64,000 bases of DNA from Alphaproteobacteria bacterium (GCA_031413635.1 JANOFM010000298.1:1107-65106), one strand, 5' to 3'. Positions 39,823 to 53,397 are shown, counted from the first letter of the stretch. Program-made: numbers and translations. Notes: generated by a model not told the origin, from the letters alone.

Positions 39823-40290
39823 ATGAGATGCCCGTTTTGCCAACACGATGATACGCAGGTCAAAGACAGCCGGCCCACGGAAGACAACGCCGCCATTCGC
39901 CGCCGCCGCGTTTGCCCCGCCTGTGGCGCGCGCTTCACGACGTTTGAAAGAGTCCAACTTCGCGATTTGGTGGTAATCAAGAAGAGCGGCCGCCGCCTTC
40001 CGTTCGACCGCGACAAGCTGATGCGCTCCATCCAGCACGCCATTCGCAAGCGGCCGGTAGAGCCTGAACGCGTGGAACGCATGGTCAACGGCATCGTACG
40101 CCGCCTGGAAAGTTCCGGCGAGACGGAAATACCGTCCACAACAATCGGCGAACTCGTCATGCAAGGTCTGAGCAATCTGGATACGGTTGCCTATGTACGC
40201 TTTGCTTCCGTCTACAAGAATTTCCGTGAAGCCAAGGATTTCGAGAATATCATCGGCCAGTTGAACGACACGGACGGCAAGCCGGGGTGA
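39823..40290 (+). CDS. nrdR: Transcriptional repressor NrdR
   Basis: MRCPFC...[12 protein letters not shown] zinc ribbon plus an ATP-cone. The ATG at 39823 is in frame with ORF 39613..40290. Confidence 0.95.
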   Translation: MRCPFCQHDDTQVKDSRPTEDNAAIRRRRVCPACGARFTTFERVQLRDLVVIKKSGRRLPFDRDKLMRSIQHAIRKRPVEPERVERMVNGIVRRLESSGETEIPSTTIGELVMQGLSNLDTVAYVRFASVYKNFREAKDFENIIGQLNDTDGKPG

Positions 40291-41396
40291 AACCCACGCG
40301 CCACGACGAGCAAAACGACGAACGCTACATGACGCTGGCGCTCGGCCTTGCCGGGCGCGGCGTCGGCCGAGTTTGGCCTAACCCAGCCGTTGGCTGCATA
40401 ATCGTCGACGCGGCGGGCCATGTCGCCGGTCGCGGCTGGACGCAAGCTTGCGGCAGGCCCCACGCTGAAACCGAGGCTCTGCGACAAGCCGGTGCTGGCG
40501 CACGCGGTGCCACGGCTTATGTCTCGCTAGAGCCGTGTGCCCACCACGGAAAAACCCCGCCCTGCGCTCAAGCCCTGATCGATGCAGGCATCGTGCGCGT
40601 CGTCAGTGCGATCGAAGATCCCGACGCCCGCGTCTCGGGCGCGGGGCATGCGATGCTCAAAGCTGCCGGGATCGCACTGCGGACAAATCTGCTGGCCGGC
40701 CCGGCTGCCGTCGCAAATGCTGGTTTCTTTAGCCGCGTCCAACGCAGCCGCCCCCAAGTGACTTTGAAACTGGCAACGACGCTCGACGGCCGAATTGCTC
40801 TGACCGGCGGCGAAAGCCGCTGGATCACCGGAGCGCACGCTCGCGCCCACGCGCATTTGATGCGTGCCCGCCACGACGCTGTGATGATCGGAGTCGGCAC
40901 GGCACTCGCCGACGATCCGGAACTGACATGCCGGCTTCCGGGGATCGACGCGTCGACTTTGGTGCGCATCGTTGTCGATACGAACGGCCGCCTTTCACTC
41001 GCGTCGAAACTTGGTCGCACGGCCGCCTCGCAACCAGTATGGTTGCTCACGTCAAAAGCGGCGGAGACCGGCGCGCTCGGCAAGTCTGGCTTCAAAATCA
41101 TCCAGGTGCCGACCGGCGAAAGTGGCGTCGATCTTTCAGTGGCGATGAAATCGCTCGCCGAAGAAGGCTTAACGCGCATTCTTGTCGAAGGCGGCGCGAC
41201 ACTTGCGACATCGCTCCTGAGGGCAAAGCTTGTCGATTGCTTGCTGTGGTACCGCGCGCCGTCGATTATGGGCGAAGGAAAGCCTGCCGTAGCGTCGCTT
41301 GGCCTTGCCGCCCTTGGGGATATGCCGCGCTTTCGGCACGAAGAGACAATAAGCCTCGGCGAAGACGTGCTGGAATCTTACCGCGCCGCGACCTAA
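40287..41396 (+). CDS. ribD: Bifunctional riboflavin biosynthesis deaminase/reductase RibD
   Basis: HAETEAL and [11 protein letters not shown] deaminase zinc motifs, plus a C-terminal reductase domain. The GTG start overlaps the nrdR stop. Confidence 0.9.
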   Translation: MKPTRHDEQNDERYMTLALGLAGRGVGRVWPNPAVGCIIVDAAGHVAGRGWTQACGRPHAETEALRQAGAGARGATAYVSLEPCAHHGKTPPCAQALIDAGIVRVVSAIEDPDARVSGAGHAMLKAAGIALRTNLLAGPAAVANAGFFSRVQRSRPQVTLKLATTLDGRIALTGGESRWITGAHARAHAHLMRARHDAVMIGVGTALADDPELTCRLPGIDASTLVRIVVDTNGRLSLASKLGRTAASQPVWLLTSKAAETGALGKSGFKIIQVPTGESGVDLSVAMKSLAEEGLTRILVEGGATLATSLLRAKLVDCLLWYRAPSIMGEGKPAVASLGLAALGDMPRFRHEETISLGEDVLESYRAAT

Positions 41397-41407
41397 TACA
41401 TGAGCCC

Positions 41408-42007
41408 ATGTTCACAGGTATCATCACCGACGTCGGCGCGGTTCAGGCGATAACCAAGCGCGGCGACACAACGATCAAGATCGCGACGGCCTTCGATCCA
41501 GGTTCGATCGCGCTCGGCGCGTCGATCGCTTGTTCGGGTGCCTGCCTGACGGTGATCGCCAAAGGCGGGCGCGAGGGCGAGGGTTGGTTTTCCGTCGAAG
41601 CCTCCGCCGAAACCATGTCGAGGACCACGCTGGGCTCGTGGGTCGTCGGCAGCCGCGTCAATCTCGAACGTTCGCTGAAAGTGGGCGAGGAGATCGGCGG
41701 CCACATCGTCAGCGGTCATGTCGACGGCGTCGGCGACGTCGTGTCGGTCGCTCCCGAGGGCGACTCGATCCGCTTCAAAATCCGCGCACCGAAGCAACTC
41801 GCGAAGTTCATCGCCGCCAAAGGCTCGATCGCGCTAGACGGCGCCTCGCTGACCGTAAACGAGGTCGATGGCAACATCTTCGGCGTCAATATCATTCCCC
41901 ATACCGCCAAGGTCACGACGTGGGGCGCCGTCAAGCCAGGCGACAAGCTGAACATCGAAATCGACATGCTCGCGCGTTATCTCGCGCGCCTCAAGGAGTT
42001 CGCATGA
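41408..42007 (+). CDS. ribE: Riboflavin synthase alpha chain
   Basis: MFTGIITDVG N-terminus and an internal duplication (GHIVSGHVDG). The ATG at 41408 is in frame with ORF 40928..42007. Confidence 0.9.
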   Translation: MFTGIITDVGAVQAITKRGDTTIKIATAFDPGSIALGASIACSGACLTVIAKGGREGEGWFSVEASAETMSRTTLGSWVVGSRVNLERSLKVGEEIGGHIVSGHVDGVGDVVSVAPEGDSIRFKIRAPKQLAKFIAAKGSIALDGASLTVNEVDGNIFGVNIIPHTAKVTTWGAVKPGDKLNIEIDMLARYLARLKEFA

Positions 42008-43134
42008 GCCGCAGCGAATTCCACGACTTCATCTCCTCGCCCGAAGACATCATTGAGGACGCGCGCAACGGGCGTATGTTCATCCTCGTCGACGCCGAAG
42101 ACCGCGAAAACGAAGGCGACATCGTCATCCCCGCTCAGATGGCGACGCCCGACGTCATTAACTTTATGGCCAAGCACGCGCGCGGCCTCATCTGCCTCGC
42201 GCTTCCAAATGAACGCGCCGAGCAACTGCACCTGCCGATGATGTCGCGCGAAAACGGCACGCAGCATCAAACGGCGTTCACGGTCTCGATCGAAGCCAAG
42301 GAGGGTGTGACCACCGGCATCTCGGCCCACGATCGTGCGCGCACGATTGCGGTTGCGATCGACCCGAGCAAGGGCCGCAACGACATCGTAACGCCCGGCC
42401 ACGTCTTTCCGCTCGTTGCACGCCGCGGCGGCGTATTGGTGCGCGCCGGACATACGGAAGCCGCCATCGACATCCCGCGCCTTGCGGGTCTCTATCCGGC
42501 AGGTGTCATCTGCGAGATCATGAACGACGACGGCACGATGGCCCGTCTGCCCGATCTCGTAAAGTTCGCGCAACTGCACGGCATGAAGGTGGGCACGATC
42601 GCCGATCTGATTGCCTATCGCCGCCGCCACGACCACTTCATCACGCGCTCCGTCGAGACCGATATCGACAGCCATCATGGCGGGCGCTTCAAGATGATGC
42701 TCTATATCAACACGCTCGAATACGCCGAACACATCGCGTTGGTGAAAGGCGATATAGCGGCGCCGGGCCCCGTTCTGGTGCGCATGCACGCGGTTAATTT
42801 GCTCGACGATCTGCTATCCGTCCGCGGAGGCAAGGACGATGTTCTGGCGCGCTCGATGGAACTCATCGGCAAGGAAGGCCGCGGCGTCATCGTGCTCATC
42901 CGCGAAACCCGCTCGACCTATATCTCCGATCTGCTGCTGCGCACTGAACCTAGACCCGAGTCCGCGCCACGCCGTTTGAAGGAATACGGTGTCGGTGCTC
43001 AGATTTTGCTCGACCTCGGCGTGCGCGAAATGATTTTGCTGACGAACTCCGCCACGAAGACTATCGTCGGCCTGGATGGCTACGGCTTGCGCGTCGCGGG
43101 CACGCGCATTGTCGGTTCGGGCTACGAAAGGTAG
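42004..43134 (+). CDS. ribBA: 3,4-dihydroxy-2-butanone-4-phosphate synthase fused to a GTP-cyclohydrolase-II-like domain (RibBX-type)
   Basis: ATGA overlap with ribE. The DHBPS motif is [10 protein letters not shown]. The C-terminal domain lacks the Cys-rich zinc motif of active GCHII, as in the ribBX variants described in Proteobacteria. Confidence 0.9.
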   Translation: MSRSEFHDFISSPEDIIEDARNGRMFILVDAEDRENEGDIVIPAQMATPDVINFMAKHARGLICLALPNERAEQLHLPMMSRENGTQHQTAFTVSIEAKEGVTTGISAHDRARTIAVAIDPSKGRNDIVTPGHVFPLVARRGGVLVRAGHTEAAIDIPRLAGLYPAGVICEIMNDDGTMARLPDLVKFAQLHGMKVGTIADLIAYRRRHDHFITRSVETDIDSHHGGRFKMMLYINTLEYAEHIALVKGDIAAPGPVLVRMHAVNLLDDLLSVRGGKDDVLARSMELIGKEGRGVIVLIRETRSTYISDLLLRTEPRPESAPRRLKEYGVGAQILLDLGVREMILLTNSATKTIVGLDGYGLRVAGTRIVGSGYER

Positions 43135-43140
43135 GGCGTC

Positions 43141-43593
43141 GTGACGAAAATCTTGATCGTGGAGGCGCGCTTCTATGCCGGCATCTCCGACGCCTTGCTG
43201 GCAGGCGCGAGCGGTGTGCTGAAGGCCGCCGGCGCTGAATTCGACAAGATCACCGTTCCCGGCGCCTTGGAAATTCCGGGCGCAATCGCCATGGCCAACG
43301 CTTCGGGTCACGCGGCGGGACGTGCCTATGACGGTTACGTCGCGCTCGGCTGCGTCATGCGCGGGGAAACCACGCACTATGAAACGGTTGCGAATGAATC
43401 CGCGCGTGGCTTGATGGACCTAACGGTTCATCAGCGTCTTGCGGTCGGCAACGGAATCCTCACCGTCGAGAACGAGGAGCAGGCCTGGGCGCGCGTAAAC
43501 GCCGACAAGGTCGAGGACAAAGGTGCCGGCGCGGCCAAGGCGGCGCTCGCCATGGTGGCGTTGCGGCGCCAATTGGGTTTGGGACCGAGATAG
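43141..43593 (+). CDS. ribH: 6,7-dimethyl-8-ribityllumazine synthase
   Basis: [17 protein letters not shown] and HYE motifs, with a GTG start. Confidence 0.9.
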   Translation: MTKILIVEARFYAGISDALLAGASGVLKAAGAEFDKITVPGALEIPGAIAMANASGHAAGRAYDGYVALGCVMRGETTHYETVANESARGLMDLTVHQRLAVGNGILTVENEEQAWARVNADKVEDKGAGAAKAALAMVALRRQLGLGPR

Positions 43594-44106
43594 ATGAGCC
43601 CGCCCGACACCCACCGTCCCAAGCGCCGCTCGGACGGGCGCTCGCGAAGCGCTTCGCGCCTTGCGGTCGTCCAAGCGCTCTATCAAATGGAACTCTCGGA
43701 CCAGGATTGCGAAACCGCTTTGCGCGAATTTATCGCCCATCGCCTCGGCCACGAAATCGAAGGCGAGCAATACGCCGAAGCCGACGAGAAATACTTCGCC
43801 GAGATCGTGCGCGGCGTCGTGGCGCGTCAAAGCGAAATTGACGGTGCACTCGCGCGTTACATCGTGAAGGAATGGGCCTTCGACCGTATCGACGCGACGA
43901 TGCGCGCCACGATGCGCGCCGCCGCTTTCGAGCTGATCGACCGTCCGCAAGTGCCAGCGCGCGTCGTCGTCAACGAGTATTTGAATGTCGCCTCGGCATT
44001 CTTCGAGGATGGCGAGGAAATGGCATTTCTCAGCGGCGTGCTGAACCGCATGGCGCGCGAAACGCGCCCCGCCGAACAAGTCCCGGCGCCGACGCTCGAA
44101 CAATGA
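43594..44106 (+). CDS. nusB: Transcription antitermination factor NusB
   Basis: RLAVVQALYQMEL pattern and the conserved ribH-nusB-thiL order. Confidence 0.9.
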   Translation: MSPPDTHRPKRRSDGRSRSASRLAVVQALYQMELSDQDCETALREFIAHRLGHEIEGEQYAEADEKYFAEIVRGVVARQSEIDGALARYIVKEWAFDRIDATMRATMRAAAFELIDRPQVPARVVVNEYLNVASAFFEDGEEMAFLSGVLNRMARETRPAEQVPAPTLEQ

Positions 44107-45095
44107 CCCCCGGCGCGAACCGGCTCGGCGAGTTTGATCTGATCGCGAAATATTTTGCCCCGCTTGCGCGCCGGGCGCCCGGCGCCTTCGGCCTCAAGGA
44201 CGATGCCGCCGTCTTTCAACCTCAACCCGCGCACGACGTCGTTCTGACGGCCGATGCCGTCGTCGCAGGCGTCCACTTCCTGCCGCACGATCCCGCCGAC
44301 ACGATCGCGCAAAAAGCCTTGCGCGTGAACATTTCCGATCTGGCGGCCAAGGGTGCAACGCCGCGCGTCTATCTGCTGACGTTGGCGATGCCGCCCACGA
44401 TCAACGAAGCTTGGTTGAAAGCCTTCGCCGCCGGGCTGAAGCGCGATCAAACAAGCTTCGGCATCACACTTGTCGGGGGCGACACGGTCGCGACGCCTGG
44501 ACCGCTCACGATCAGCGTCACGGCCATCGGCGAGGTCCCGCGCGGTAAGATGTTGACCCGAGGCGGAGCGCAAATTGGCAACGACGTCTGGGTCACAGGC
44601 ACAATCGGCGACGCCGCGCTTGGCCTCAAGGTCGCGAAGGGTGACGATCTTGGGTTGAATGAAAAACGGAGAGCTGCGGCTCTCAACCGCTTTCGTTTGC
44701 CCGAGCCGCGACTCAGGCTTGGCATCGGACTCGTCGGCGTGGCGCAGGCCTGTATCGACGTGTCCGACGGGCTGATCGCAGATCTCGGCCACATATGCGA
44801 AGTTTCCGGAGTAGGAATTGAGCTGCTGGCGGCCCAGGTCCCAATGTCGACACTCGCGTCGTCGGCGTTGGCGGCGGGGCGCGTGACCCTTGCCGAATTA
44901 TTAACGGGCGGCGACGATTACGAGTTGGCGGTTGCGGCGCCAACGACAGCTCGTATGCAGTTGGCGGCATTGGCCAAGCGGTCCAAGACCAATTTCACCA
45001 GGATAGGCAGCGTTGTACGAGGACGGGCAGTCACAACGCGCGATCGCGACGGCGCCCAAGTCCGGTTTGCGCGCTTGGGCTTCACTCATTTCTGA
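44103..45095 (+). CDS. thiL: Thiamine-monophosphate kinase
   Basis: ATGA overlap with nusB. GEFDLIAKYF...DDAAV...TADAVVAGVHF...NISDLAAKGA are ThiL/PurM-fold motifs. Confidence 0.9.
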   Translation: MTPGANRLGEFDLIAKYFAPLARRAPGAFGLKDDAAVFQPQPAHDVVLTADAVVAGVHFLPHDPADTIAQKALRVNISDLAAKGATPRVYLLTLAMPPTINEAWLKAFAAGLKRDQTSFGITLVGGDTVATPGPLTISVTAIGEVPRGKMLTRGGAQIGNDVWVTGTIGDAALGLKVAKGDDLGLNEKRRAAALNRFRLPEPRLRLGIGLVGVAQACIDVSDGLIADLGHICEVSGVGIELLAAQVPMSTLASSALAAGRVTLAELLTGGDDYELAVAAPTTARMQLAALAKRSKTNFTRIGSVVRGRAVTTRDRDGAQVRFARLGFTHF

Positions 45096-45293
45096 ATTGG
45101 TAATGAATTAACGCTTCACCGGATATTAAAACGGTTGGGCGCAGGATGCGTGTCGGGTAAATGGAGTGCCTGACATGCGGTTTATCATCGCGCTCATACT
45201 GTTGATGATCGTTCTGGGCTCGGCGGCGCAGAAAGATGCAAACGGCAAAACCAGCCGGGACGCAAAGGCCGCCGCCTAATCTGGAGGCAGCAC

Positions 45294-45743
45294 GTGCGCG
45301 CTCTTATTGCGCTCGCCATTCTAGTGTGCCTTGGAGGCACGGATCCGGCATGGGCCTCAAGCGCCAAAAAAACACCCGAACATGGTAAGGCCGACGCCGA
45401 AGCTGCTCGAGAGCTGGGCGTGCCGAGCGATCCGAACATCGACATGCCCGGCCTCGTTTCGCCGGTCATCGTCGATGGTGAACTCCAACGCTACGTCTAC
45501 CTGTCCCTCAAATTGAAACTCAGCGATATCGGACAGCGATCGGCGTTGCTTGAGAAGGTGCCCTATCTACAAGACGCCTTCCTGCGCGAGGTTCACGGGG
45601 TTTCGATTGCTTACAATAACGACCCTTCGATCGTGGACGAAGCCGGCGTCCTCAAACGCCTCATGCATGTATGCGAAGCCGTTGTGGGCGCCGGCGTCGT
45701 CAAAGAAATCGAGATTATGAAAGCGGCGCGAAGCGGCCACTGA
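45294..45743 (+). CDS. Secreted hypothetical protein (faint FliL-like pattern)
   Basis: Signal peptide ([16 protein letters not shown]) and a GGAGG Shine-Dalgarno before the GTG start at 45294. Confidence 0.55.
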   Translation: MRALIALAILVCLGGTDPAWASSAKKTPEHGKADAEAARELGVPSDPNIDMPGLVSPVIVDGELQRYVYLSLKLKLSDIGQRSALLEKVPYLQDAFLREVHGVSIAYNNDPSIVDEAGVLKRLMHVCEAVVGAGVVKEIEIMKAARSGH

Positions 45744-46105
45744 CGTTGCTCTGGTGCTCATCAAGTCGGTCAAGGAGCGATGATCGAGCACGAACCGAAA
45801 GCCCGGAAATCGAAAGCAGCACGGTGGCGCTCCGGACGGCCAATTCGCTGTCTTGGCGCCCCGGCGTGTCCCTCGCTTTTTCGGGCCACAGCTTGCGCCA
45901 CGCTGTCGCGACCCCAGTTTCCCGCATATCGGCGCCTTTGCCGTATTGCAAGCCTCTAGGCGCTTTGGCATGTTCCCGCGTCTTTTTGGCCGGGGGCACA
46001 TCGAGTCGGCAATTCGCGCGCCGGCTTGCGCGGCACTGTTCCCGGACCAGCCCCGAGAACCGGACACCTCCGGTCTTCGGCAACTTCAGGAAAAGGTTCG
46101 AGGCA

Positions 46106-48241
<2,136 letters not shown>

Positions 48242-48260
48242 CGCCGAAGGCGCATCGCCC

Positions 48261-48297
48261 AAAAAAAGGCCTCGGAAAATTCCGGGGCCTTTTTTTT
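48261..48297. terminator. Bidirectional rho-independent terminator between hppA and bamE
   Basis: The stem GGCCTCGG (48268..48275) pairs with CCGGGGCC (48282..48289) around a 6-nt loop. It is flanked by an A7 run on the left and a T8 run on the right. Confidence 0.8.
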
Positions 48298-48315
48298 ATT
48301 TGCAGGGCGCTTGAG

Positions 48316-48798
48316 CTACCTGCCGTCGCCGCCGGGCCGCGTCGGGCCATCGTTGGAGCCCGGCGCACCGGGCGGCAATGCGCCCATATTGCCGAACACT
48401 TGCTGCAGGAACGACATTTCCTTGCCGCGGCTCGGTGTCTCGCGGTCGACCAACGCGATCACCTGACCATCTTCGATGCCGTAAGTACGCACATCCGAGA
48501 CTTTGCCGTCATCGTTGAACGCCACCGCCAGAATTTGACGCTTGGTCACGTCGGGCTTGAAGAACGCATAGCGTTCCTGCTCGGTCGAGATGTAATACCA
48601 GGTCGGATCGCCGAACGCCGCCGTACTGGACGGCGTGCCGAGCTTTTCCTGCACCGAATCACGTGTGTCGCCGCCGACCTTGACCGAGGCCACTTTTTCG
48701 TCGTCCGGCACATAACCGCGGACGTCGCGAATGGGGGCGCAGGCTGCAAGCCCTGCCAAAACAAGAACGGAGGCTGCGACAAGCGGGCGCGATGCCAT
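48316..48798 (-). CDS. bamE: Outer membrane protein assembly factor BamE (SmpA/OmlA)
   Basis: Lipobox LAGLAAC followed by the RGYVPD...VGGDTRDSVQEKLGTPS pattern. Confidence 0.85.
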   Translation of the reverse strand: MASRPLVAASVLVLAGLAACAPIRDVRGYVPDDEKVASVKVGGDTRDSVQEKLGTPSSTAAFGDPTWYYISTEQERYAFFKPDVTKRQILAVAFNDDGKVSDVRTYGIEDGQVIALVDRETPSRGKEMSFLQQVFGNMGALPPGAPGSNDGPTRPGGDGR

Positions 48799-48905
48799 TG
48801 GATTACTCCCAATGCCGGACTAAGGGGTTCAAGGTGCTGTTGACGTACCGCTACGCTAGCCTAATTTCAAGCCAAAGCCACTAATCCTCCGGAAAGTCAG
48901 GGCCT

Positions 48906-49445
48906 GTGCGGAAAATTCTATCGCTCTTTACCCGCGGACCCGACCGTTCGCGCCACGGCGCCTGGATCTACACCGCGCTGGTCGATCAGGCCCGCCGCCC
49001 GCAATTCTACGAGTCGATGGACGTTCCCGACACGTTGGACGGGCGCTTCGATTTGATTGTCTTGCATGCCGGTCTCTATTTGCCGCGGCTGAAATCGGTC
49101 CGCGCCGACGGGAAGGCGCTTGCCCAAGCAACCTTCGACCAGATGTTCGCCAACATGGAACAGGGCCTGCGCGAACTGGGCAACGGCGACATGTCGGTGC
49201 CGAAGAAAATCCAGAAAATGGTGCAGGCTTTCTATGGCCGAGCGACCGTCTACGACACCGCCTTAAAGGGCGGCGACATCGTCGCATTGCGCGCAGCCCT
49301 GCACCGCAACATCTATCGTGGCGCGGAAATTTCGAACACCCAACTCGATTCCCTCGCCACCTATGTGCGCGCGGCGTCCGAAGCATTGCAGGCGGCAACC
49401 GATGGCGACATCGTGGCCGGAACATTTGCTTGGCCCGCGCCATGA
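48906..49445 (+). CDS. Ubiquinol-cytochrome c chaperone (Cbp3-like) family protein
   Basis: VPDTLDGRFDLIVLHAGL pattern and conserved position next to DUF177. Confidence 0.75.
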   Translation: MRKILSLFTRGPDRSRHGAWIYTALVDQARRPQFYESMDVPDTLDGRFDLIVLHAGLYLPRLKSVRADGKALAQATFDQMFANMEQGLRELGNGDMSVPKKIQKMVQAFYGRATVYDTALKGGDIVALRAALHRNIYRGAEISNTQLDSLATYVRAASEALQAATDGDIVAGTFAWPAP

Positions 49446-50005
49446 CCAAGCCGCGCGCCGAACCGATCCCGCCACCCGAACATGGCTTTCGCCGTATGAT
49501 CGCAATCGCCAAGGTGGGCGAGGGTGGTTTGGTACAAAAAATCACCGCCGGTCCGAACGATCTGCCGCGAATTGCAACTTATCTCGATCTCACCGCGATC
49601 GGCGCTCTGTCGGCGGAAATGACGCTGACGCGCTGGCGAGCGAGGGGCGTTCGCGTCAGCGGCAAGTTGAAGGCGGACGTGATTCAGACTTGCGTCGTCA
49701 CGCTTGATCCGCTCCCCGCCCAAATCCAAGCCGAATTCGAACGCCGTTTCCTTCCCGTCGAAGCAATTCCAATGGGACACACGGCACAACACGAAGTCTT
49801 CGTCGATCCCGAAGGCGAAGATCCGCCCGAACCCGTGGACCGCGATATCGACCTGGGCGAAGTTCTCGTAGAAGAGCTTGCGCTCAGCCTCGATCCCTAT
49901 CCGCGCAAACCTGACGCCGAGTTCAAAGCAGGGTACGCGCCTGCCGGCGAGCCGCAAAAGCACCCCTTCGCCGCCCTCGCCAAACTCAAACCGAAGAAAT
50001 CCTGA
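49442..50005 (+). CDS. YceD/DUF177 family protein
   Basis: ATGA overlap with the previous gene. The acidic C-terminal half has the DLGEVLVEELALSLDPYPR pattern typical of DUF177. Confidence 0.8.
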   Translation: MTKPRAEPIPPPEHGFRRMIAIAKVGEGGLVQKITAGPNDLPRIATYLDLTAIGALSAEMTLTRWRARGVRVSGKLKADVIQTCVVTLDPLPAQIQAEFERRFLPVEAIPMGHTAQHEVFVDPEGEDPPEPVDRDIDLGEVLVEELALSLDPYPRKPDAEFKAGYAPAGEPQKHPFAALAKLKPKKS

Positions 50006-50011
50006 TCGCAT

Positions 50012-50389
50012 TCAGTCGACGCACCGCATTCCTTGAACCTTGCCGTCTTCGACGGTCGCAAAGCAGCCGCAAGGGTCTGTCGTGCGCTGACAAACCCCGA
50101 CGACCGACGCGGCCGGCGGTAACGGTGCACCCTCAAATCGGCATTGGCCCAGGCACTGCGCCTTGCCCGAACAGGATTTTCCTCCATCGGCGTATTTCAA
50201 TACGCAACTTATCGTGCCCATCAGGCATATGCGACGGAGCGTGCCGCCCTTCGCCTGGCACGACTGATCATCGTCCTCTGCGGTTGAGGAATCGGCCACA
50301 ACCGTGTCGGCGGTCGAAGTTCCCGTGTCCGGCGGGGGCGCGCAATTCAATAGAAAAAATCCAGCGGCAAGCAGGAGGATCGTGCGCAT
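50012..50389 (-). CDS. Cysteine-rich hypothetical lipoprotein
   Basis: Lipobox FLLNC. The mature part of roughly 110 aa has an acidic linker and 10 Cys residues. Confidence 0.55.
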   Translation of the reverse strand: MRTILLLAAGFFLLNCAPPPDTGTSTADTVVADSSTAEDDDQSCQAKGGTLRRICLMGTISCVLKYADGGKSCSGKAQCLGQCRFEGAPLPPAASVVGVCQRTTDPCGCFATVEDGKVQGMRCVD

Positions 50390-50649
50390 CCGGGCGTCCT
50401 TTGATGTTGCAGGCGACCGGACCTCAAAGCCCGAAGCTCAGGCAATCCATGTCCAAATGCCAAATAGAGGTGTCCCTACCGGTCGTTTGCCCTTGCGGCT
50501 CCAAAAACTGCGGCAAATCCGGGGGTTGAACTCGGGGACGCTTTCCTATTGTATCCGCGCCTTAATTTTCCGCCAGGATCGTTGGGCGAAGGTGCGGCAA
50601 TCGCGCCCGTTTTTGCGCCATTGGTGGTAACACACAGGAGAGGTGGCCC

Positions 50650-50829
50650 ATGGCGGTCCCCAAAAGAAAAGTAAGCCCGTCCAGGCGCAACATGCGCCGT
50701 TCGCATCACGCCTTGTCGCGACCCGATTATGCCGAATGCGCCAACTGCGGCGAGCTGAAGCGGCCGCACCACGTTTGCGCGAAATGTGGCTTCTATGACG
50801 GTCGCGAAGTCGAAAAGCAGGCGACCTAG
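50650..50829 (+). CDS. rpmF: 50S ribosomal protein L32 (59 aa, not in ORF track)
   Basis: I translated it by hand as [59 protein letters not shown]. An AGGAGAGGTGG Shine-Dalgarno region lies upstream. Confidence 0.9.
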   Translation: MAVPKRKVSPSRRNMRRSHHALSRPDYAECANCGELKRPHHVCAKCGFYDGREVEKQAT

Positions 50830-50883
50830 CGCCCGTGCCGCGTCCGGCGCATATTCGCCAAATGCAGCGACGGCCGACTTCAA

Positions 50884-51978
50884 ATGGATAGCGCGCGCAC
50901 GCCCCGCGAGGTCGTGATCTCGATCGACGCGATGGGCGGTGACAACGCCCCTCAAGCGATTGTAGATGGCGTGGCGATCGCCCATGTGCGCCACCCCAAA
51001 GTCAAATTCTTGCTGCACGGCGATCACGCGAGCCTGCAGCCGATTTTACTCGGTAGGCCGACGGTCAAAAACGTTGCCCAAGTCGTTCATTGCGATGACA
51101 CCGTCGGCATGGACGACAAACCGTCCCAAGCCTTGCGTCGGGGGCGGAACACGTCGATGTGGCGTGCCGTCGATGCCGTTCGCTCCAAGGATGCGCTCGT
51201 CGCCGTCAGTGCCGGCAACACCGGCGCTCTGATGGCGATGTCCATTTTCCAGTTGCGCACAATTCCTGGTCTTTCGCGCCCCGCGATCGCCGCGATCTGG
51301 CCGACGATCCGCGGTCAGACGATCGTGCTGGACGTCGGCGCCAACGTAGATAGCGACGCGCGTCAGCTGGTCGACTTCGCAATTCTAGGCGACGCCTATG
51401 CGCGCGTGGTTTTGGGACTCGATCGGCCCAATATCGGCCTCCTGAACATTGGAGCCGAGGAATTAAAGGGCAACGACGCGGTCAAAGCCGCAGCTGCCGC
51501 CCTTCGCGCGCCGGGCGTACCGTTGCGTTTTCATGGATTCGTCGAAGGCGACGATATCAGCGCCGGCACCGTCGACGTCGTCGTGACGTCGGGCTTCACC
51601 GGCAACATCGCCTTGAAGACGGCCGAAGGCACAGCGCGACTGATCGGCCACTACATTCGCTCGGCCATGGCGCGTTCGTTGTTTTCGCGCATCGGCTACA
51701 TCTTTGCCAAGCCCGGCTTCGATGTGCTCCGCCAAAAATTGGATCCGCGCGCCGTCAACGGCGGCGTATTGCTTGGATTAAACGGCACCGTCGTCAAAAG
51801 CCATGGCGGCACCGACGGCACCGGATTTGCGACTGCTATCGACCTCGCCGTCGAAATGGCGCAGAGCGATTTCCCGGCCCGCATCGCCGACGCCATGTCC
51901 CATCTGCCGCCCTCGTTCAGCGCCCTCGGCGGACCGAAGGTCGACACCCCGAGTCCCGCGCCGGAGCCGGTCTCCTAG
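50884..51978 (+). CDS. plsX: Phosphate acyltransferase PlsX
   Basis: [17 protein letters not shown] and the FTGNIALKT pattern. Confidence 0.95.
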   Translation: MDSARTPREVVISIDAMGGDNAPQAIVDGVAIAHVRHPKVKFLLHGDHASLQPILLGRPTVKNVAQVVHCDDTVGMDDKPSQALRRGRNTSMWRAVDAVRSKDALVAVSAGNTGALMAMSIFQLRTIPGLSRPAIAAIWPTIRGQTIVLDVGANVDSDARQLVDFAILGDAYARVVLGLDRPNIGLLNIGAEELKGNDAVKAAAAALRAPGVPLRFHGFVEGDDISAGTVDVVVTSGFTGNIALKTAEGTARLIGHYIRSAMARSLFSRIGYIFAKPGFDVLRQKLDPRAVNGGVLLGLNGTVVKSHGGTDGTGFATAIDLAVEMAQSDFPARIADAMSHLPPSFSALGGPKVDTPSPAPEPVS

Positions 51979-52952
51979 TGCGTGTCGTTCGCTCTCAAGT
52001 TCGCGGCATCGGCTCTTATCTGCCGGCGCGCGTCGTCCCGAACGCTGAACTCGCCGCAAAACTCGAAACAAGCGACGAGTGGATTCGCGAACGCACCGGC
52101 ATCCGCGAGCGTCGCATCGCGGCCGACGGCGAGTTCACCTCCGACCTCGCGATCGCCGCATCCCAAGAAGCGCTGCGCGCGGCCGGCATGGTCGCCAGCG
52201 CGATCGACATGATCGTGCTCGCCACCGCGACGCCCGACGAAACATTCCCGGCAACGGCGACCACGGTCCAAGCGCGCCTTGGTACGCGCGGCGCGGCCTT
52301 CGATCTCCAGGCCGTGTGTTCAGGTTTTATCTACGCGCTCGCCGTCGCCGACAATTTCATCAAGGCGGGGCAGGTGAAAAATTGCCTCGTCATCGGGGCT
52401 GAGACTTTTTCGCGCATCCTCGACTGGAACGACCGCACCACATCCGTGCTGTTCGGCGACGGCGCCGGCGCGATGGTTTTGACGGCGGGCCAGGGCGAGG
52501 GCACGACCAAAGATCGCGGCGTACTGTCCACTCATCTTTTCGCAGACGGCCGCCACCATGACCTGCTCTATGTCGATGGCGGCCCGTCGAAGACCAAGAC
52601 GACGGGCTTCCTGCGCATGGAGGGCCGCGAGGTCTTCCGCCACGGCGTCACCAACATGGCCGAAGCGATCGAAACCGCGCTCATCGCAACTTCCCTGACT
52701 GCCTCCGACATCGATTGGTTCGTGCCGCATCAAGCCAATCAGCGCATTCTCGACGCGACAGCACGCAAGGTAGGTGTGCACCCATCGCGTGTGGTCTCGA
52801 CCGTTGCCAACCATGCGAACACGTCAGCCGCCTCAGTTCCGCTGGCGCTGTCGGTCGCGGTTAACGATGGCCGCATCAAACCCGGCAACCTGGTCCTGCT
52901 GGAGGCGATGGGTGGCGGTTTTACCTGGGGCTCCGCGCTGATCCGCTGGTAG
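51978..52952 (+). CDS. fabH: Beta-ketoacyl-ACP synthase III
   Basis: Active-site [14 protein letters not shown] and the GGGFTWG C-terminus. Confidence 0.95.
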   Translation: MRVVRSQVRGIGSYLPARVVPNAELAAKLETSDEWIRERTGIRERRIAADGEFTSDLAIAASQEALRAAGMVASAIDMIVLATATPDETFPATATTVQARLGTRGAAFDLQAVCSGFIYALAVADNFIKAGQVKNCLVIGAETFSRILDWNDRTTSVLFGDGAGAMVLTAGQGEGTTKDRGVLSTHLFADGRHHDLLYVDGGPSKTKTTGFLRMEGREVFRHGVTNMAEAIETALIATSLTASDIDWFVPHQANQRILDATARKVGVHPSRVVSTVANHANTSAASVPLALSVAVNDGRIKPGNLVLLEAMGGGFTWGSALIRW

Positions 52953-53064
52953 AACGAACTTCTATCCCCCTGATATTGACGGCATTTCGCCCTGGACCTA
53001 CCGTTCGTATGTTGAGTCGCGACGGACATCCGCGCAGATCGTGCGGACCGAAGGGGGCAAGCGA

Positions 53065-53397
53065 ATGAGCGAGACCTTAACCCGGCAGCAATTGGCCGAG
53101 GCGGTCTATGCCCAAGTCGGACTGTCGCGCAATGAATCGGCCGAACTGGTCGACCGCGTGCTCGAAGAAGTTTCGGTCCGGCTTATTCGCGGGGAAACGG
53201 TGAAGTTGTCGTCGTTCGGCACATTTGCCGTACGTTCGAAAGGTGGACGAATCGGCCGTAACCCGAAAACGGGCCAGGAAGTGCCGATCAACCCGCGCCG
53301 TGTGCTTGTGTTCCGCGCGAGCCACGTATTGAAGGCGATGATCAACGAAGACCATGTCGGCCCCGACGCAGGCAAGACCACGGGTGGAACAAAATGA
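53065..53397 (+). CDS. ihfA: Integration host factor alpha subunit
   Basis: [28 protein letters not shown]. The ATG at 53065 is preferred over the GTG at 53041. Confidence 0.9.
   Translation: MSETLTRQQLAEAVYAQVGLSRNESAELVDRVLEEVSVRLIRGETVKLSSFGTFAVRSKGGRIGRNPKTGQEVPINPRRVLVFRASHVLKAMINEDHVGPDAGKTTGGTK

Noticed and set aside
45175-45279. A 34-aa ORF, MRFIIALILLMIVLGSAAQKDANGKTSRDAKAAA, between thiL and the secreted-protein gene.
   Set aside because: It looks like a signal or TM peptide and could be real. It has no clear Shine-Dalgarno and no family I recognise, and it is too short to support from sequence alone.
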